A DNA stretch of 52,106 nt from a virus (lineage: Duplodnaviria; Caudoviricetes). Position 1 is the first letter of the stretch, and each line of letters opens with the position of its first letter. Both the position numbers and the translations under genes were made by a program. The stretch covers positions 1 through 52,106 of the IMG/VR virus record IMGVR_UViG_3300020042_009327. The stretch is one strand, 5' to 3'. Of the stretch, positions 33,431-43,328 are shown one piece after another. The notes under the pieces are model-generated. The model saw only the letters and a list, made by a program, of their open reading frames with translations. It ran no database searches and was not told the DNA's origin.

Positions 33431-35848
33431 CTATTTAGGAGAGAACTGCTCCAAACCAAAACCACCAAGATTGTCAAATCCTGCTGATTCAAAATCTTTT
33501 GGTAATGTATTATTCTGTCTTTGTTCAATCAATTCAGATTGTTGTGTGGCTTGTAACTTTGTTCTTTGATCTTTACGATCTTCCATCTTATTAAGTTTTT
33601 CTTGTGCTTGAGCAACCTGCATTTCTGCTAATTGTAATTGATAGTTAAATTCTTCTGCCATCAATTGTTTCTTTATCAATGCTTCTTGTTGCATCTTTTG
33701 AATCTCAAACTGTAACTTAGATTGCTCTAATTGTATTTTTTGTTCTGTAATTGCTTGCTGCTTTTGCACTTCAGCCATTGCTGTTTCTTGCGCTAACTGA
33801 GCATTTGCTTGAGCTTGTGCTTGTATATTTGCTTGCTGGTTTGCTTGATCCCTATCTAATTTCTTTTTTCTTTTATATTTAAGGGATTGATTAGCTAACT
33901 TAATATTTTTAATTTGTCTTAAGTCAATAGCATCTTCAAGATCAATACCACCTGATTGCAAAGCAACTTGTATATTTTGTTCTAATTGTGCTTTTTCTTC
34001 GTCGTCTGGTTCTAATTCTAAGAAGATACCAAAATCATGCAAGTTTAAGTTTTGTAATTCCTTTAACGTTTCAACCGATGATACTGATATACTTTGCATT
34101 AATGAACTTGCTGTTAATGGAAAGTTTAATGAATCAGCAACTCTTCTTGAAATATTTTCACATACACGCAAAGTTAAATATAAGCTAGATTGTAATATGT
34201 GTCTTGTTGCTGTATTTGAATTTGCAGCTGCCATTTTTTGTAAACCAACTAAAGCATCTCTATCTGGTGTACTAGCATCTCTAGCTTCATTTAATCCGGT
34301 TACATCACGTATCATTTGTAAGTAATATTGATATGTTTGTATCAATGATTGTATCTTACCACTACCTGATGAAGTTTGTAATTCCTGTATTGGAATTTTA
34401 GCTCTGTTCATATCTCCATCCTGAGTCATTGATCTACCAACGATACTACCAGTTTGAAAATACATATTTAATGCTTCTGCAGCATTATAATTTGTACCAT
34501 TACCTAAATCAACTTCAGCTAATCCGTCAACATCGACAAATACTCCATCCGGAACTAATCTAGCTAATACTTGTTGTATCTTTAAATGCGTTAACTGAAT
34601 CATATCCGCAAACCCTGTTATACGGCTTACTAATGATTCAATTCTTCCTTTATACATTCTTGGTGCACAAATAGCATAATTCATTTGTACTCTTGTTGTA
34701 TCAGCAAATGGTCTAGTCATATTTTCTGCTAGTTTCCATTCTAACATTTTTTCGTGACCTAATATCTTTGCTCCTGAATATAAAACTTCAATACTTCTTG
34801 ATACTTTGCTAAATGAATCGCTTTCTGGTGGATTAAAATCATCCGTTTTTTCTAATGCTTTTTCTAAACCAACATCTGTTTGTTTAATTTTAAATACTTG
34901 ATTAGAAAATGTTTTGTATTCAAAATACAATACCTGTACATTAGAAGTGTCATAATCTTGCCCGTAATAGTTACGTGTATAATTTACATCACCTGGATAT
35001 TTTTCAATCTCTTCTAAATCAGCTTTTGTTAAATGTGGAAATTGCATTTTAACCTCTTCTAACGTAACAGATCTAACTTCCCCAACATAATATATATCCT
35101 CGAAGTTTGGATCCTCTGTGTAAGAATAAACAAGGTTAGCAGGATCAACGTAATCTATTGTTACTCCCTCTGCTTTGTTCCAATTTGTTTTTGTTGCCGC
35201 AATACCTAAAACAACTAAATCGTAATTTAATCTTTTGTTTATTAACGGATATTTGTTATTATCTAATATTTGATTTATTACTTCTTCTTCAGCTATTTCA
35301 ATTTCTTGTTTATAGCTTAACTGCATTCTAATTTCTAGCTCTTCCTTATCTTCTGGTAAATTATCAGGATCTGGGCTACTGTACATATTAGCTCCTAGGG
35401 TACCTTTTATTTTATCTAGTAAAGGTTTAGTAAGCATGTCTTTTAATATGTTAGCAGCAAATCCAGTTCTTTTTTTAATTGAATCAGGATCTTGAGCATA
35501 AGCTTTAATATCGTAGTTCTTGCTAGATATACCGTTAACAACAATGTCAACAAACTTAGGTATAACAGGTACCGGTTTCCAGTCAAGATTCAAATAAGAT
35601 AAATCACCATTGATTGATAATTCATCTTTATACTTTTGAACTGATTGCTCGCCTCTAGCATATAATCTTAACCTGTGAAAGTTCTGCCAGTTGGATCCCC
35701 ATCTGTTTCCAGCACCTCCAACTCTATCACCTCTAAACCATTCGTTTTCAATAGCTCTACCTACTTTAGCTCCGTACTCGTAGCTTTGTTTCTCTGAATC
35801 TGGTACTACCTGACTAGGAAAAGAACTATTATTATTAGTATAAACCAT
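33431..35848 (-). CDS. Portal protein
   Basis: 805 aa directly after TerL; PVIPKFVDIVVNG, IRDVTGLNEARD, long Q-rich C-terminal coiled coil. Confidence 0.88.
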   Translation of the reverse strand: MVYTNNNSSFPSQVVPDSEKQSYEYGAKVGRAIENEWFRGDRVGGAGNRWGSNWQNFHRLRLYARGEQSVQKYKDELSINGDLSYLNLDWKPVPVIPKFVDIVVNGISSKNYDIKAYAQDPDSIKKRTGFAANILKDMLTKPLLDKIKGTLGANMYSSPDPDNLPEDKEELEIRMQLSYKQEIEIAEEEVINQILDNNKYPLINKRLNYDLVVLGIAATKTNWNKAEGVTIDYVDPANLVYSYTEDPNFEDIYYVGEVRSVTLEEVKMQFPHLTKADLEEIEKYPGDVNYTRNYYGQDYDTSNVQVLYFEYKTFSNQVFKIKQTDVGLEKALEKTDDFNPPESDSFSKVSRSIEVLYSGAKILGHEKMLEWKLAENMTRPFADTTRVQMNYAICAPRMYKGRIESLVSRITGFADMIQLTHLKIQQVLARLVPDGVFVDVDGLAEVDLGNGTNYNAAEALNMYFQTGSIVGRSMTQDGDMNRAKIPIQELQTSSGSGKIQSLIQTYQYYLQMIRDVTGLNEARDASTPDRDALVGLQKMAAANSNTATRHILQSSLYLTLRVCENISRRVADSLNFPLTASSLMQSISVSSVETLKELQNLNLHDFGIFLELEPDDEEKAQLEQNIQVALQSGGIDLEDAIDLRQIKNIKLANQSLKYKRKKKLDRDQANQQANIQAQAQANAQLAQETAMAEVQKQQAITEQKIQLEQSKLQFEIQKMQQEALIKKQLMAEEFNYQLQLAEMQVAQAQEKLNKMEDRKDQRTKLQATQQSELIEQRQNNTLPKDFESAGFDNLGGFGLEQFSPK

Positions 35849-35851
35849 CTA

Positions 35852-38074
35852 TTATATTATTTTTGAACTAAAACCTTCGTTATTATATTTTTTAAAACCT
35901 AATGACACAGTCTCTTTTGGAGCGTGAAATACAGGTGTGTAAGCGTTTTTGTTGCAAGCCATTATAGCTAAACCTGAACTAATAGTAGCATCATGCTTAG
36001 TTCTATTATTTATATTAAATCTAGACCAGTCATTCAAAGTCTTTTGAAAATACATATCACCATAACCACCTTCTAATAAACCTACATATTTGTCAATGTA
36101 AGATTCAATAGCCGCTGCATGGGCCTGTAACATATCTTGTGAAGCTGAAGGTATACCACCAATTTCTTTTTCTGCTGGCGATAACTTATTCCATATCTTA
36201 TCCGGCCTGTTCATTGAATAACCCCTATATCCTCTTCTTTTTAAATAGTAAAGCAATCTAGGCTTGTTATTCTCTGCTAATATTGGCATACCGTAAAATA
36301 CTAAAGCCATTAATACATCTTCAAAAAATATCTCTGCTGTTTGTGGCCTGGCTATATATTCTAAAAAGAAATGACTAGGTGGAACATCTTCCATTGAAAA
36401 CTTTGTTAATCCGTGTAAAGCACCTTTAGAGCCTCTACTTTCATCAACTGTTCCTGATATATCGTAACTGTCACAACCAAATGCACCGCAATGTTCGTTA
36501 CCAGGGTATTTAACTCCATTCTTTATAATCACACGATTTTGGAGATTTAGCGGAGGAATCCAAGAAATTAAAAATCTACCGTCTTTATTTGGTACAAATA
36601 TAACTTTACTATCTTGTATACCATTTTCCCATTGAAAACTTCCTTGTGTTAAAACATTTGAGTTTCTTAGATCATCATTATAATCTATTTGCTCATATAT
36701 TTTTGTAAGGTTAAATAAAGATTGCTTTGCTTCATCTCTGAAAGCGTGCTGTTCAGTTCTTGGAAACTGTCTGTAGTATTCGTTTAATGCATCTTGATCT
36801 GATTTCAAACCATCAACTTCATTTTGCCAATGTTCAATAACCCCGTAATCAATCCACATATCATCTGCTCCCTTAATAGGTTGCTCTGGTGTTAAGAAAA
36901 CAGGCATACCAAATTTATCTATAAAACCTTCAAAGTTCCATTCCATTGGTATAAATAAAGAATATAATCCAGAACTTGTTTGACCATTACGGTTACGTTT
37001 AGTTACATCTGAACTATAATATAATTTCTTAAAGTTTTCTCCTCCTTTATCTAAAGCATTAGAAGTAGATCCCATCATACATTTACCTACGATCTTACTA
37101 CCTAATCTAACACACGTTTTTGTAACTCGCCAGTTATTTAGAATGTTATCCGGTTTTTCCCATTTACCACTTTCATCATGAACTAATAATCTTAACTTTT
37201 CACCATCATAGCTATTGTCTCCAGTATTCTTCCAGTCAATCGTAGTATCTAATCCTTCAAGCTCTTCTAATTGCTCTTGAGCGTCTAATTTTCTTCTTGT
37301 TAATTTTGATGCAGGTATTCTATAAGCTAATTCAGTTTTCGGACGGTCCATACCATCTTGAATTGGTTTAAAGAAAAAAGGATAGTTTATTGATATAGGT
37401 ACAACCTTATCTGTAAACATTTTCTTTGCATCGGCTCCTGACTTCGATAGTATTCCATATCTTGTATCAGAACTTAATGTAGCTTGGTTAACTAACTCAG
37501 CAGAAGACATAAATGAAAATCCTGAACGTCTATTCTTTAAATAGCACATACCATAACATCTATTATCTGCTTTACAAGCTTCCCAAAATATAAAGAACAC
37601 TCTATTAGATTCACGGAAATCAGGAGCACCAACGTCAATCTTGCTCCATTGTAAATACATATAATGTGTACCAGTCATATAAGTAGGTACACCATTGTTG
37701 TAAAAAGAAAAACCTTCTTCTCTGTATTTGAATTCTGCATCAATAAAGTCATACCAATTTTCTTTAAACTTATCTGGATATTTATTCCAGTCAAATACAC
37801 TTTTGATACGTTCAAGCTCTTTTGGATATTTAGCTTGTTCCCAATATTGTTCTTCTTTTTTATTAGATCTTTTGTAAGCGTTTTCAATATAAGGCAATGC
37901 AATCTTTAAATTTTGTATCTCTACGATTTCACCAATCTTACCTGTCTTGCTTATAACAATTACATCATGATCTTTATTATATCCGTATTCCCACTTCTTA
38001 CTTTTATTAAGCCTACTTATAATAGTTGGTTTAATATAGTCAGTTAATGTGGTTATTAAATTTTGTTCGTACAT
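35852..38074 (-). CDS. terL: Terminase large subunit
   Basis: Walker A LKNRRSGFS, Walker B LVHDESGK, motif III GST, nuclease GCDSYD, AENN, HDATI. Confidence 0.92.
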   Translation of the reverse strand: MYEQNLITTLTDYIKPTIISRLNKSKKWEYGYNKDHDVIVISKTGKIGEIVEIQNLKIALPYIENAYKRSNKKEEQYWEQAKYPKELERIKSVFDWNKYPDKFKENWYDFIDAEFKYREEGFSFYNNGVPTYMTGTHYMYLQWSKIDVGAPDFRESNRVFFIFWEACKADNRCYGMCYLKNRRSGFSFMSSAELVNQATLSSDTRYGILSKSGADAKKMFTDKVVPISINYPFFFKPIQDGMDRPKTELAYRIPASKLTRRKLDAQEQLEELEGLDTTIDWKNTGDNSYDGEKLRLLVHDESGKWEKPDNILNNWRVTKTCVRLGSKIVGKCMMGSTSNALDKGGENFKKLYYSSDVTKRNRNGQTSSGLYSLFIPMEWNFEGFIDKFGMPVFLTPEQPIKGADDMWIDYGVIEHWQNEVDGLKSDQDALNEYYRQFPRTEQHAFRDEAKQSLFNLTKIYEQIDYNDDLRNSNVLTQGSFQWENGIQDSKVIFVPNKDGRFLISWIPPLNLQNRVIIKNGVKYPGNEHCGAFGCDSYDISGTVDESRGSKGALHGLTKFSMEDVPPSHFFLEYIARPQTAEIFFEDVLMALVFYGMPILAENNKPRLLYYLKRRGYRGYSMNRPDKIWNKLSPAEKEIGGIPSASQDMLQAHAAAIESYIDKYVGLLEGGYGDMYFQKTLNDWSRFNINNRTKHDATISSGLAIMACNKNAYTPVFHAPKETVSLGFKKYNNEGFSSKII

Positions 38075-38352
38075 TATTTAGATCTCCCTTCTGCAAACCC
38101 TTTAAAAACTTTGCTTGCTTTTTCGCTCGCATCTTGAGCATCTAATTTTTGTCTTTCTTCTTCAATACGGCTAAGTATCTCGAATGCATCGAAGATAGCT
38201 AACTTTTTTGTTGCTGCGGCATTTTTTAATTTATCTGCAGCTAAGTCATCTTCCCCATTATCTAAGATAGCTTCTTCAGCAACCTTAATTAACTCCAATA
38301 CCGCTTTGTGCCCAGCTTGGATTATATTCTGCTTCGTCTCCTCTATATTCAT
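38074..38352 (-). CDS. Putative terminase small subunit
   Basis: Small helical protein coupled to terL by a TAATG overlap. Confidence 0.55.
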   Translation of the reverse strand: MNIEETKQNIIQAGHKAVLELIKVAEEAILDNGEDDLAADKLKNAAATKKLAIFDAFEILSRIEEERQKLDAQDASEKASKVFKGFAEGRSK

Positions 38353-38902
38353 ATTTAATTACAATATCATTTGATTTCATACAGTATAATCGTTTACCTT
38401 CTATAATAAATTCAAATTCCCCGTATGGTTTATATCCTACTAAGTCACCTGGCACTATTTTCGCTTCATTTAAGGAGCTATTACCATATTTTAGTATTCC
38501 AATAAGTCTTTGCTCTTTTTCTAAGCTAAAACTGTTATTATTTTTTATAGGTTGTATGAAGCAACGGTCACCAAAAGCTTTCCAATTACCAACATCACCA
38601 TATAAATATATCTGATCAAAATCTACAAAATACTTGTCTTCGTTAAAGTATGATCTACTGTTCTTTTGTTTACCCTTTATATCATAAAATCTTCTAAAAA
38701 CATTATGATGTATTATTACTTTGTCACCAACTTTAATATCAGTTGTTCCAAACAGGGGCACAGCTAAAACTTCAGCCATATTATTAACAGCTTTAAAAGA
38801 TTCAATCGATGTGTTAACAACTAAATCTTTATCACCAACTTTAACTGTATTGTCATACCTATTACCTACAGGTTTAACAATAAAGCTAAATGCACTTCTC
38901 AT
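38285..38902 (-). CDS. Tandem GroES-like (double Cpn10-fold) protein
   Basis: Two GroES-like halves: FIVKP...AEVLAV...IKVGDKVII and AFGDRCFIQP...PGDLVGY...IEGKRLYCMKSNDIV. Confidence 0.6.
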   Translation of the reverse strand: MRSAFSFIVKPVGNRYDNTVKVGDKDLVVNTSIESFKAVNNMAEVLAVPLFGTTDIKVGDKVIIHHNVFRRFYDIKGKQKNSRSYFNEDKYFVDFDQIYLYGDVGNWKAFGDRCFIQPIKNNNSFSLEKEQRLIGILKYGNSSLNEAKIVPGDLVGYKPYGEFEFIIEGKRLYCMKSNDIVIKYEYRGDEAEYNPSWAQSGIGVN

Positions 38903-39129
38903 TAGTATTCTAAATCATATTCCACTGAAATAGCCATGTGACTGTTAAATTTCTTCCACGGCATAACCTCATCACTTTTCTTTATATAAATATTGTATGA
39001 ATTATCCACTTCATCAAATAGTATATGGGAGATTTTATGTCCCCCGTATACCTCTTGATTTACTGAATAGTGCATTGCGTCGTTTTTATAATCCGCTCCA
39101 ATACTTATTTTTCTAATGACATTAGCCAT
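38902..39129 (-). CDS. Hypothetical protein
   Basis: 75-aa ORF coupled to the next gene by TAATG. Confidence 0.7.
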   Translation of the reverse strand: MANVIRKISIGADYKNDAMHYSVNQEVYGGHKISHILFDEVDNSYNIYIKKSDEVMPWKKFNSHMAISVEYDLEY

Positions 39130-39379
39130 TACTTTCTTCCTTTTCGATTTCAGTATAACTACCGTCTTCTAGGTTAATATTAATAGCACCATATTCAGAT
39201 TCCAATTCTGATTTAAAATCCTCAACTTCTTTATTAACTTCAGCAACCTGATGTAATAACGAATGCTTTTGTGTTTCTAAAACACCAATGTTCGTTAACA
39301 ATATGTTTAAGTCCTTTTGTTGAGCAACGATTTTTTCTAATTGATCTTTCTTAATAGTTTTTGTTTCTACTTTTTTCAT
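39122..39379 (-). CDS. Hypothetical coiled-coil protein
   Basis: 85-aa ORF with strong leader AATCAAATTAAATAAAATG. Confidence 0.7.
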   Translation of the reverse strand: MKKVETKTIKKDQLEKIVAQQKDLNILLTNIGVLETQKHSLLHQVAEVNKEVEDFKSELESEYGAININLEDGSYTEIEKEESNG

Positions 39380-39407
39380 TTTATTTAATTTGATTGTTAA
39401 TAATTAG

Positions 39408-39480
39408 TAGCAACGTACTGGAGTCGAACCAGTTTAAGCGGGCTTATGAGACCCGTGAGATACCTTACCTCCCACCTGCT
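39408..39480 (-). tRNA. tRNA with CAT anticodon (Met/fMet/Ile2), non-canonical
   Basis: AGCAGGT-GG-GAGG taaggta TCTC-A-CGGGT ctCATaa GCCCG-cttaa-ACTGG ttcgact CCAGT-ACGTTGCT-A; good T arm; anticodon at 39446-39448. Confidence 0.75.
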
Positions 39481-39492
39481 ATCAAATATATA

Positions 39493-39855
39493 TTACGCTA
39501 ACGTCAATAAATATTTAGTTTTTGCAGCTTCACCACTTAAAGATTGTGCCATATTAGATACTTCTAAGTATTTATTAGCATCAGCAAACATCATTAAGTC
39601 TTCAGCAAATTTCATTATTTCATCTGCAATATCCATACAATCAGCACCCGGTTTAATAGCATCAATTTTCATTCCCTTTACCCTCTTACCAGTATAACCC
39701 ATTAGTTTCTCAATTACATCATCTTTAAAGCCTTCTATGAATTCATATAATGCTCCAGTTGCTTTATGCTCTGCAAAACTTCTAGTGTCCCAATGGATCA
39801 TGTGGACTTGTTCGTGAAAGTAAGCTAATTTACCAGCGATTTCTTCTAATTGCAT
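39493..39855 (-). CDS. Ferritin/Dps-like four-helix protein (DUF5856-like)
   Basis: HMIHW...FAEHKA...LYE...DDVIE Dps-like metal ligands; KYLLTL end. Confidence 0.7.
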   Translation of the reverse strand: MQLEEIAGKLAYFHEQVHMIHWDTRSFAEHKATGALYEFIEGFKDDVIEKLMGYTGKRVKGMKIDAIKPGADCMDIADEIMKFAEDLMMFADANKYLEVSNMAQSLSGEAAKTKYLLTLA

Positions 39856-39856
39856 A

Positions 39857-40099
39857 TTATTGTTTTTTAAATATTTTATTGTATAAGCTTTGTTTTTTTA
39901 AAGGCACTTCCAAAACAACACTACCAGGAAACTTATAATCATTTCCTGGTTGCATTACTTTTTTATTACCTTTATTATCTATGCCTAATACAGGAAAATC
40001 TACATCTTCCATTGTTATATCTCCACTTGGTATAATGTTGTATGCTCTGTTTTTATCAGGACTATTTCTTTTATAACCTTTTGTAGATATATTTTTCAT
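39857..40099 (-). CDS. Small phage protein
   Basis: IPSGDITMEDVDFPVLGIDNKG...MQPG.DYKFPG..VLEVP, a pattern I recall from Bacteroidota phage proteins. Confidence 0.65.
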   Translation of the reverse strand: MKNISTKGYKRNSPDKNRAYNIIPSGDITMEDVDFPVLGIDNKGNKKVMQPGNDYKFPGSVVLEVPLKKQSLYNKIFKKQ

Positions 40100-41158
40100 T
40101 TAGCAAGATTTCTTTTTCATTTGTTTTGGCGCATGCTTTTTATTTTTCATTGCTGCTTGAGCATTCTCAGCATAATGTTTTCTAGCTCCCGGTTTTAATT
40201 TTTGATTACTAGCTTCTTTAATGTCATAAGCTGTTTTTTTACTTACTTTCATTTTAGCAGGAGACATTTTTTTCATTTGTGCTGGTGTAGCTGGTTTTTG
40301 AGCGGCTTTTTTCTTAGCTTCAATTTCCGCTCTTTTTTTAGCTTGTTCTTCTTTCAGTTTTTTAGTAAATTCTGTTTTCTTTGCCATAGCCGCATTAACT
40401 ACTTCTTCTCTTTTTAAAGCATTAGTTAATTGCTCTTGACTTGATCGACGGTTAGTACCATATAAATAACTTTTCTTGTTGGCATATATTTCGTCTGAAG
40501 CTGGATTATAATCACCTGGCAATATACCTCTGCTTTGAAGTCTAGCTTCGTCTGCAGTTTGCACTTTCTCAGAGTATAAATTGTTTTTACCAGTAGTAAA
40601 TGCACTTCCTAAAGCAGCGTTACTCATATTGGTATCTGACTCATTTTTTTTCCTTAAACTTGTAATGTCTTTATCAGTAGCATTACTAAGACCAGCTGTT
40701 GAATTACTACCAAAGTTTTGATTTGTATTTGAGAAAAAATACGTTTTTGGATTAACTGAATTTGTTTTTGGTGTTTCAGTAATTTTTGGTGTTTCCGTTT
40801 CGGTTTTTGGTTTATCTGCTCCTTTAGCTGTAGCTTCTGCTGTAACAGTTTGATTATACCTTCCTGCTCCCGGCTTTCCAATAGAAGCTTTCCATTTTGC
40901 AATTTCCGCCGGCGTTGTAGCTAGTCTTATATTAGTAGCAGTACCCGTTTCTTTTCTTACATCTTCAGATCCTCCTAATGGCTTGGCTTCAATATTTTTC
41001 TTTAGTTTTTTGTCGGCTTCTGCTTGTGCCTGTTTCTTAAGATCCTCACCTGTATTTGGGTTTTGTTGACGCATAGGTGGGCGTGTCATTAACGCAGCAG
41101 GAATGCCTCTTCCTGTAGCTTCCATATTTCCTCTTCCTGGGTCTAGTTTAAATGCCAT
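40100..41158 (-). CDS. Low-complexity basic protein with MAFKL N-terminus (possible internal head protein)
   Basis: K/A/T-rich 352 aa with TPAQM, SPAKM and APKQM repeats. Confidence 0.65.
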   Translation of the reverse strand: MAFKLDPGRGNMEATGRGIPAALMTRPPMRQQNPNTGEDLKKQAQAEADKKLKKNIEAKPLGGSEDVRKETGTATNIRLATTPAEIAKWKASIGKPGAGRYNQTVTAEATAKGADKPKTETETPKITETPKTNSVNPKTYFFSNTNQNFGSNSTAGLSNATDKDITSLRKKNESDTNMSNAALGSAFTTGKNNLYSEKVQTADEARLQSRGILPGDYNPASDEIYANKKSYLYGTNRRSSQEQLTNALKREEVVNAAMAKKTEFTKKLKEEQAKKRAEIEAKKKAAQKPATPAQMKKMSPAKMKVSKKTAYDIKEASNQKLKPGARKHYAENAQAAMKNKKHAPKQMKKKSC

Positions 41159-41179
41159 TTGTTATTTTCTTTTAGTTGT

Positions 41180-41539
41180 TTAATTTTTTTTTACTCTTTT
41201 ATATATAACTTGCCCAGGGTGATTGCTAACTATATCGGCTACCATGGTGTCCTCGTTTACTATTACAAATTTTGATATTGATTCAAAATTATTTTTTTTA
41301 AACACTGTTTTTATATATATATTGTTATCTACTATTTGATAACTTATTACATCTAATGGTATTCCACTTGTTGAAGATACTGCTTGAATAATAAATTCTT
41401 TTTTATCCGTAAGAGAAAATAATATCTCAGTAGCTTGTTCGTTTGATGTCCATTCTCCTTTTAAAAATTCTTTGCTCATTTTTTGAGCGTTAGAAAATAA
41501 AGATAATGCCAATGCTGTAATAATAAATAAATTTCTCAT
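41180..41539 (-). CDS. Secreted protein with signal peptide (moron-like)
   Basis: MRNLFIITALALSLFSNA-Q signal peptide; LKGEW lipocalin-like start; has its own promoter motif. Confidence 0.7.
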   Translation of the reverse strand: MRNLFIITALALSLFSNAQKMSKEFLKGEWTSNEQATEILFSLTDKKEFIIQAVSSTSGIPLDVISYQIVDNNIYIKTVFKKNNFESISKFVIVNEDTMVADIVSNHPGQVIYKRVKKN

Positions 41540-41569
41540 AGTGTATATATTTTATTAGATTAGTATTAA

Positions 41570-41600
41570 TATATATATTACGTGTAATATTTACTTTTTA
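41570..41600 (-). promoter_or_regulatory. Putative phage-sigma promoter, copy 4 (TAAAAA...ACGTAATATATA)
   Basis: Bipartite motif with the same spacing as copies 1 and 2. Confidence 0.55.
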
Positions 41601-41909
41601 TTGTTTTGCATAAGCTTCTGCTTCCCAAGGTAATTTCTTACTACCCTCTTTCATTGTAGCCCGAGGATATTTTTTACCTTTCCAGAATACATGTGAATCG
41701 TTGTAATCTAAATCACCCCTATTCATTTGATCTAAATGAACTTTCTCATGAGAGATTGTTTTATTCTTTTTTAATATCTCCGGCGAAACATTTTTATTTA
41801 TAAGTATACTACCTTTATTTGTAGCCATGCCTAAAATATCATCACCCATATCTTGTTGATAGATAGGAGTATTATCAATTTCGTATGGACTTCTTAGTTT
41901 GAACGCCAT
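41598..41909 (-). CDS. Small zincin metallopeptidase
   Basis: HEKVH (HExxH) followed by PWEAEAY; MAFKL N-terminus. Confidence 0.75.
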   Translation of the reverse strand: MAFKLRSPYEIDNTPIYQQDMGDDILGMATNKGSILINKNVSPEILKKNKTISHEKVHLDQMNRGDLDYNDSHVFWKGKKYPRATMKEGSKKLPWEAEAYAKQ

Positions 41910-41920
41910 AAGTTTATATA

Positions 41921-42085
41921 TTAATTGTTCTCTTCTTTTTTACCACCTATATGCATCCACTTATGTAATGTATACCCTATTGATACTAATAACAAAGTTA
42001 TTTTTAGGAATGGTTCTATTGCTGTCATACTTAACATTAATGACACCGAGTTTAGAGTATAAAGTTTCAAATCCGTAAATGTCAT
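41921..42085 (-). CDS. Small membrane protein, 54 aa (not in ORF track)
   Basis: Hand translation MTFTDLKLYTLNSVSLMLSMTAIEPFLKITLLLVSIGYTLHKWMHIGGKKEENN; 1-2 hydrophobic helices and charged tail. Confidence 0.65.
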   Translation of the reverse strand: MTFTDLKLYTLNSVSLMLSMTAIEPFLKITLLLVSIGYTLHKWMHIGGKKEENN

Positions 42086-42088
42086 TTT

Positions 42089-42304
42089 TTATCTTCTTTT
42101 AGCACGTTGCGTAATAGGTCCAACTGCAGAAGCTCCACAAGGACAATCCATTTTTAATCTCATACCATTTTTCCCGCCACTATATCCTTGACCTTTTGGG
42201 TAATCAGAAGTATCTAATGGTCCATCCCATAAATGATTTAATCCAGAAACCTTAGGTCTTTCTACTTTCATTAAGTGTGGATCGATTGTTTTATTATTCA
42301 TCAT
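42089..42304 (-). CDS. Hypothetical protein
   Basis: 71-aa ORF in tight operon (LWDGPLD motif). Confidence 0.65.
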   Translation of the reverse strand: MMNNKTIDPHLMKVERPKVSGLNHLWDGPLDTSDYPKGQGYSGGKNGMRLKMDCPCGASAVGPITQRAKRR

Positions 42305-42322
42305 ATCTTTGTTGTTTAGTAA

Positions 42323-42625
42323 TTACATTTGAGGTTCTTGTGCTGGATCCATACTTGACATTGTTCTATCAAATGAATTCTCCATACCTGTTCCGAATAC
42401 ACCGTTAATTGTTGATGCACTTTGTGGACTAAATGGTACAGGTGCGCCACTATTTTTAATATTAGGATTCATTGGTCTTGGCGTAGATGCTAAAGCAGGA
42501 TTAGCCATTTTAGGTTGTGATGTTAAATCTGTATTTGCATCCATCTTTGGATTTAAAGTTTGTGATGCATTTGTATAATTGTCAACTGTCATTTTAGGTT
42601 GTACATCTTGTAAATAATTTTTCAT
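42323..42625 (-). CDS. Hypothetical low-complexity protein
   Basis: 100 aa with repeated [QN]PKM; ATGA overlap with the upstream gene. Confidence 0.6.
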   Translation of the reverse strand: MKNYLQDVQPKMTVDNYTNASQTLNPKMDANTDLTSQPKMANPALASTPRPMNPNIKNSGAPVPFSPQSASTINGVFGTGMENSFDRTMSSMDPAQEPQM

Positions 42626-43068
42626 CGTGTTTTATCTTTATTAACGTTCTTTATTGCTGATTGTAAAACTGTGTCTGTATATGTTTTACCTCTCATTATA
42701 GTATTTCTTCTTTCGCTTGTCGGTATATCTTCATCTCCAATCATAATACGGTACATTCTACTTATTAGTTGTTTGCACTTGAAAGAGACTTTATATATAT
42801 TGTATTTTTGAGTTGTATGGTTGCGTTTTCTCCAAACCACTATCCACCCTTCTTTTAACAACCTGTCCCAGCGCATCTTATCCCAACTATATGTATAAGT
42901 ACCTACCTCATAATCATGTCTAGTAAAGAAATCTAAACAATCAAAATATATTAATAATTCTAAATCTGCATCAGCAAGACCGTTATTTCTACAAGCCCAT
43001 CTCCTAATTATTCTGTAATGTTTTAATAAACCAGATTCACGTAGGTCACTAGCTTCTAACCGTTTCAT
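42622..43068 (-). CDS. Hypothetical protein, possible winged helix
   Basis: GLADADLELLIYF...RLLKEGWIVVWR...YKVSFK resembles MarR-like wHTH; ATGA-coupled to groES. Confidence 0.6.
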   Translation of the reverse strand: MKRLEASDLRESGLLKHYRIIRRWACRNNGLADADLELLIYFDCLDFFTRHDYEVGTYTYSWDKMRWDRLLKEGWIVVWRKRNHTTQKYNIYKVSFKCKQLISRMYRIMIGDEDIPTSERRNTIMRGKTYTDTVLQSAIKNVNKDKTR

Positions 43069-43328
43069 AATACAACAACTATATCTTGTAGTTTTATAAC
43101 TGTATATTTATTACCTTCAAATTCAATAGTATGGCCAGCGTGTTTATCATAATATATTTCGTCACCTTCTTTAATGACTTTTATTTCATCGCTGATCGAT
43201 ACAATTATTGCTTCTTTATATCTAATATCTTCACTGTCTTTTTCTTTTAAAATAAGACCGTTTTTTGTTTCTTTTGTAGCTTTTACCTTCTTGGGTAAAA
43301 TAACTATATTATTACCTATTGCCTTCAT
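43065..43328 (-). CDS. groES: Co-chaperonin GroES
   Basis: KAIGNNIVILP...TKNGLIL...IKEGDEIYY...EGNKYTVIKLQDIV. Confidence 0.88.
   Translation of the reverse strand: MKAIGNNIVILPKKVKATKETKNGLILKEKDSEDIRYKEAIIVSISDEIKVIKEGDEIYYDKHAGHTIEFEGNKYTVIKLQDIVVVL

Noticed and set aside
2048-38074. Introns or inteins in helicase, RNR or terminase, and stop-codon reassignment
   Set aside because: These genes are continuous, of plausible length and read through in the standard code
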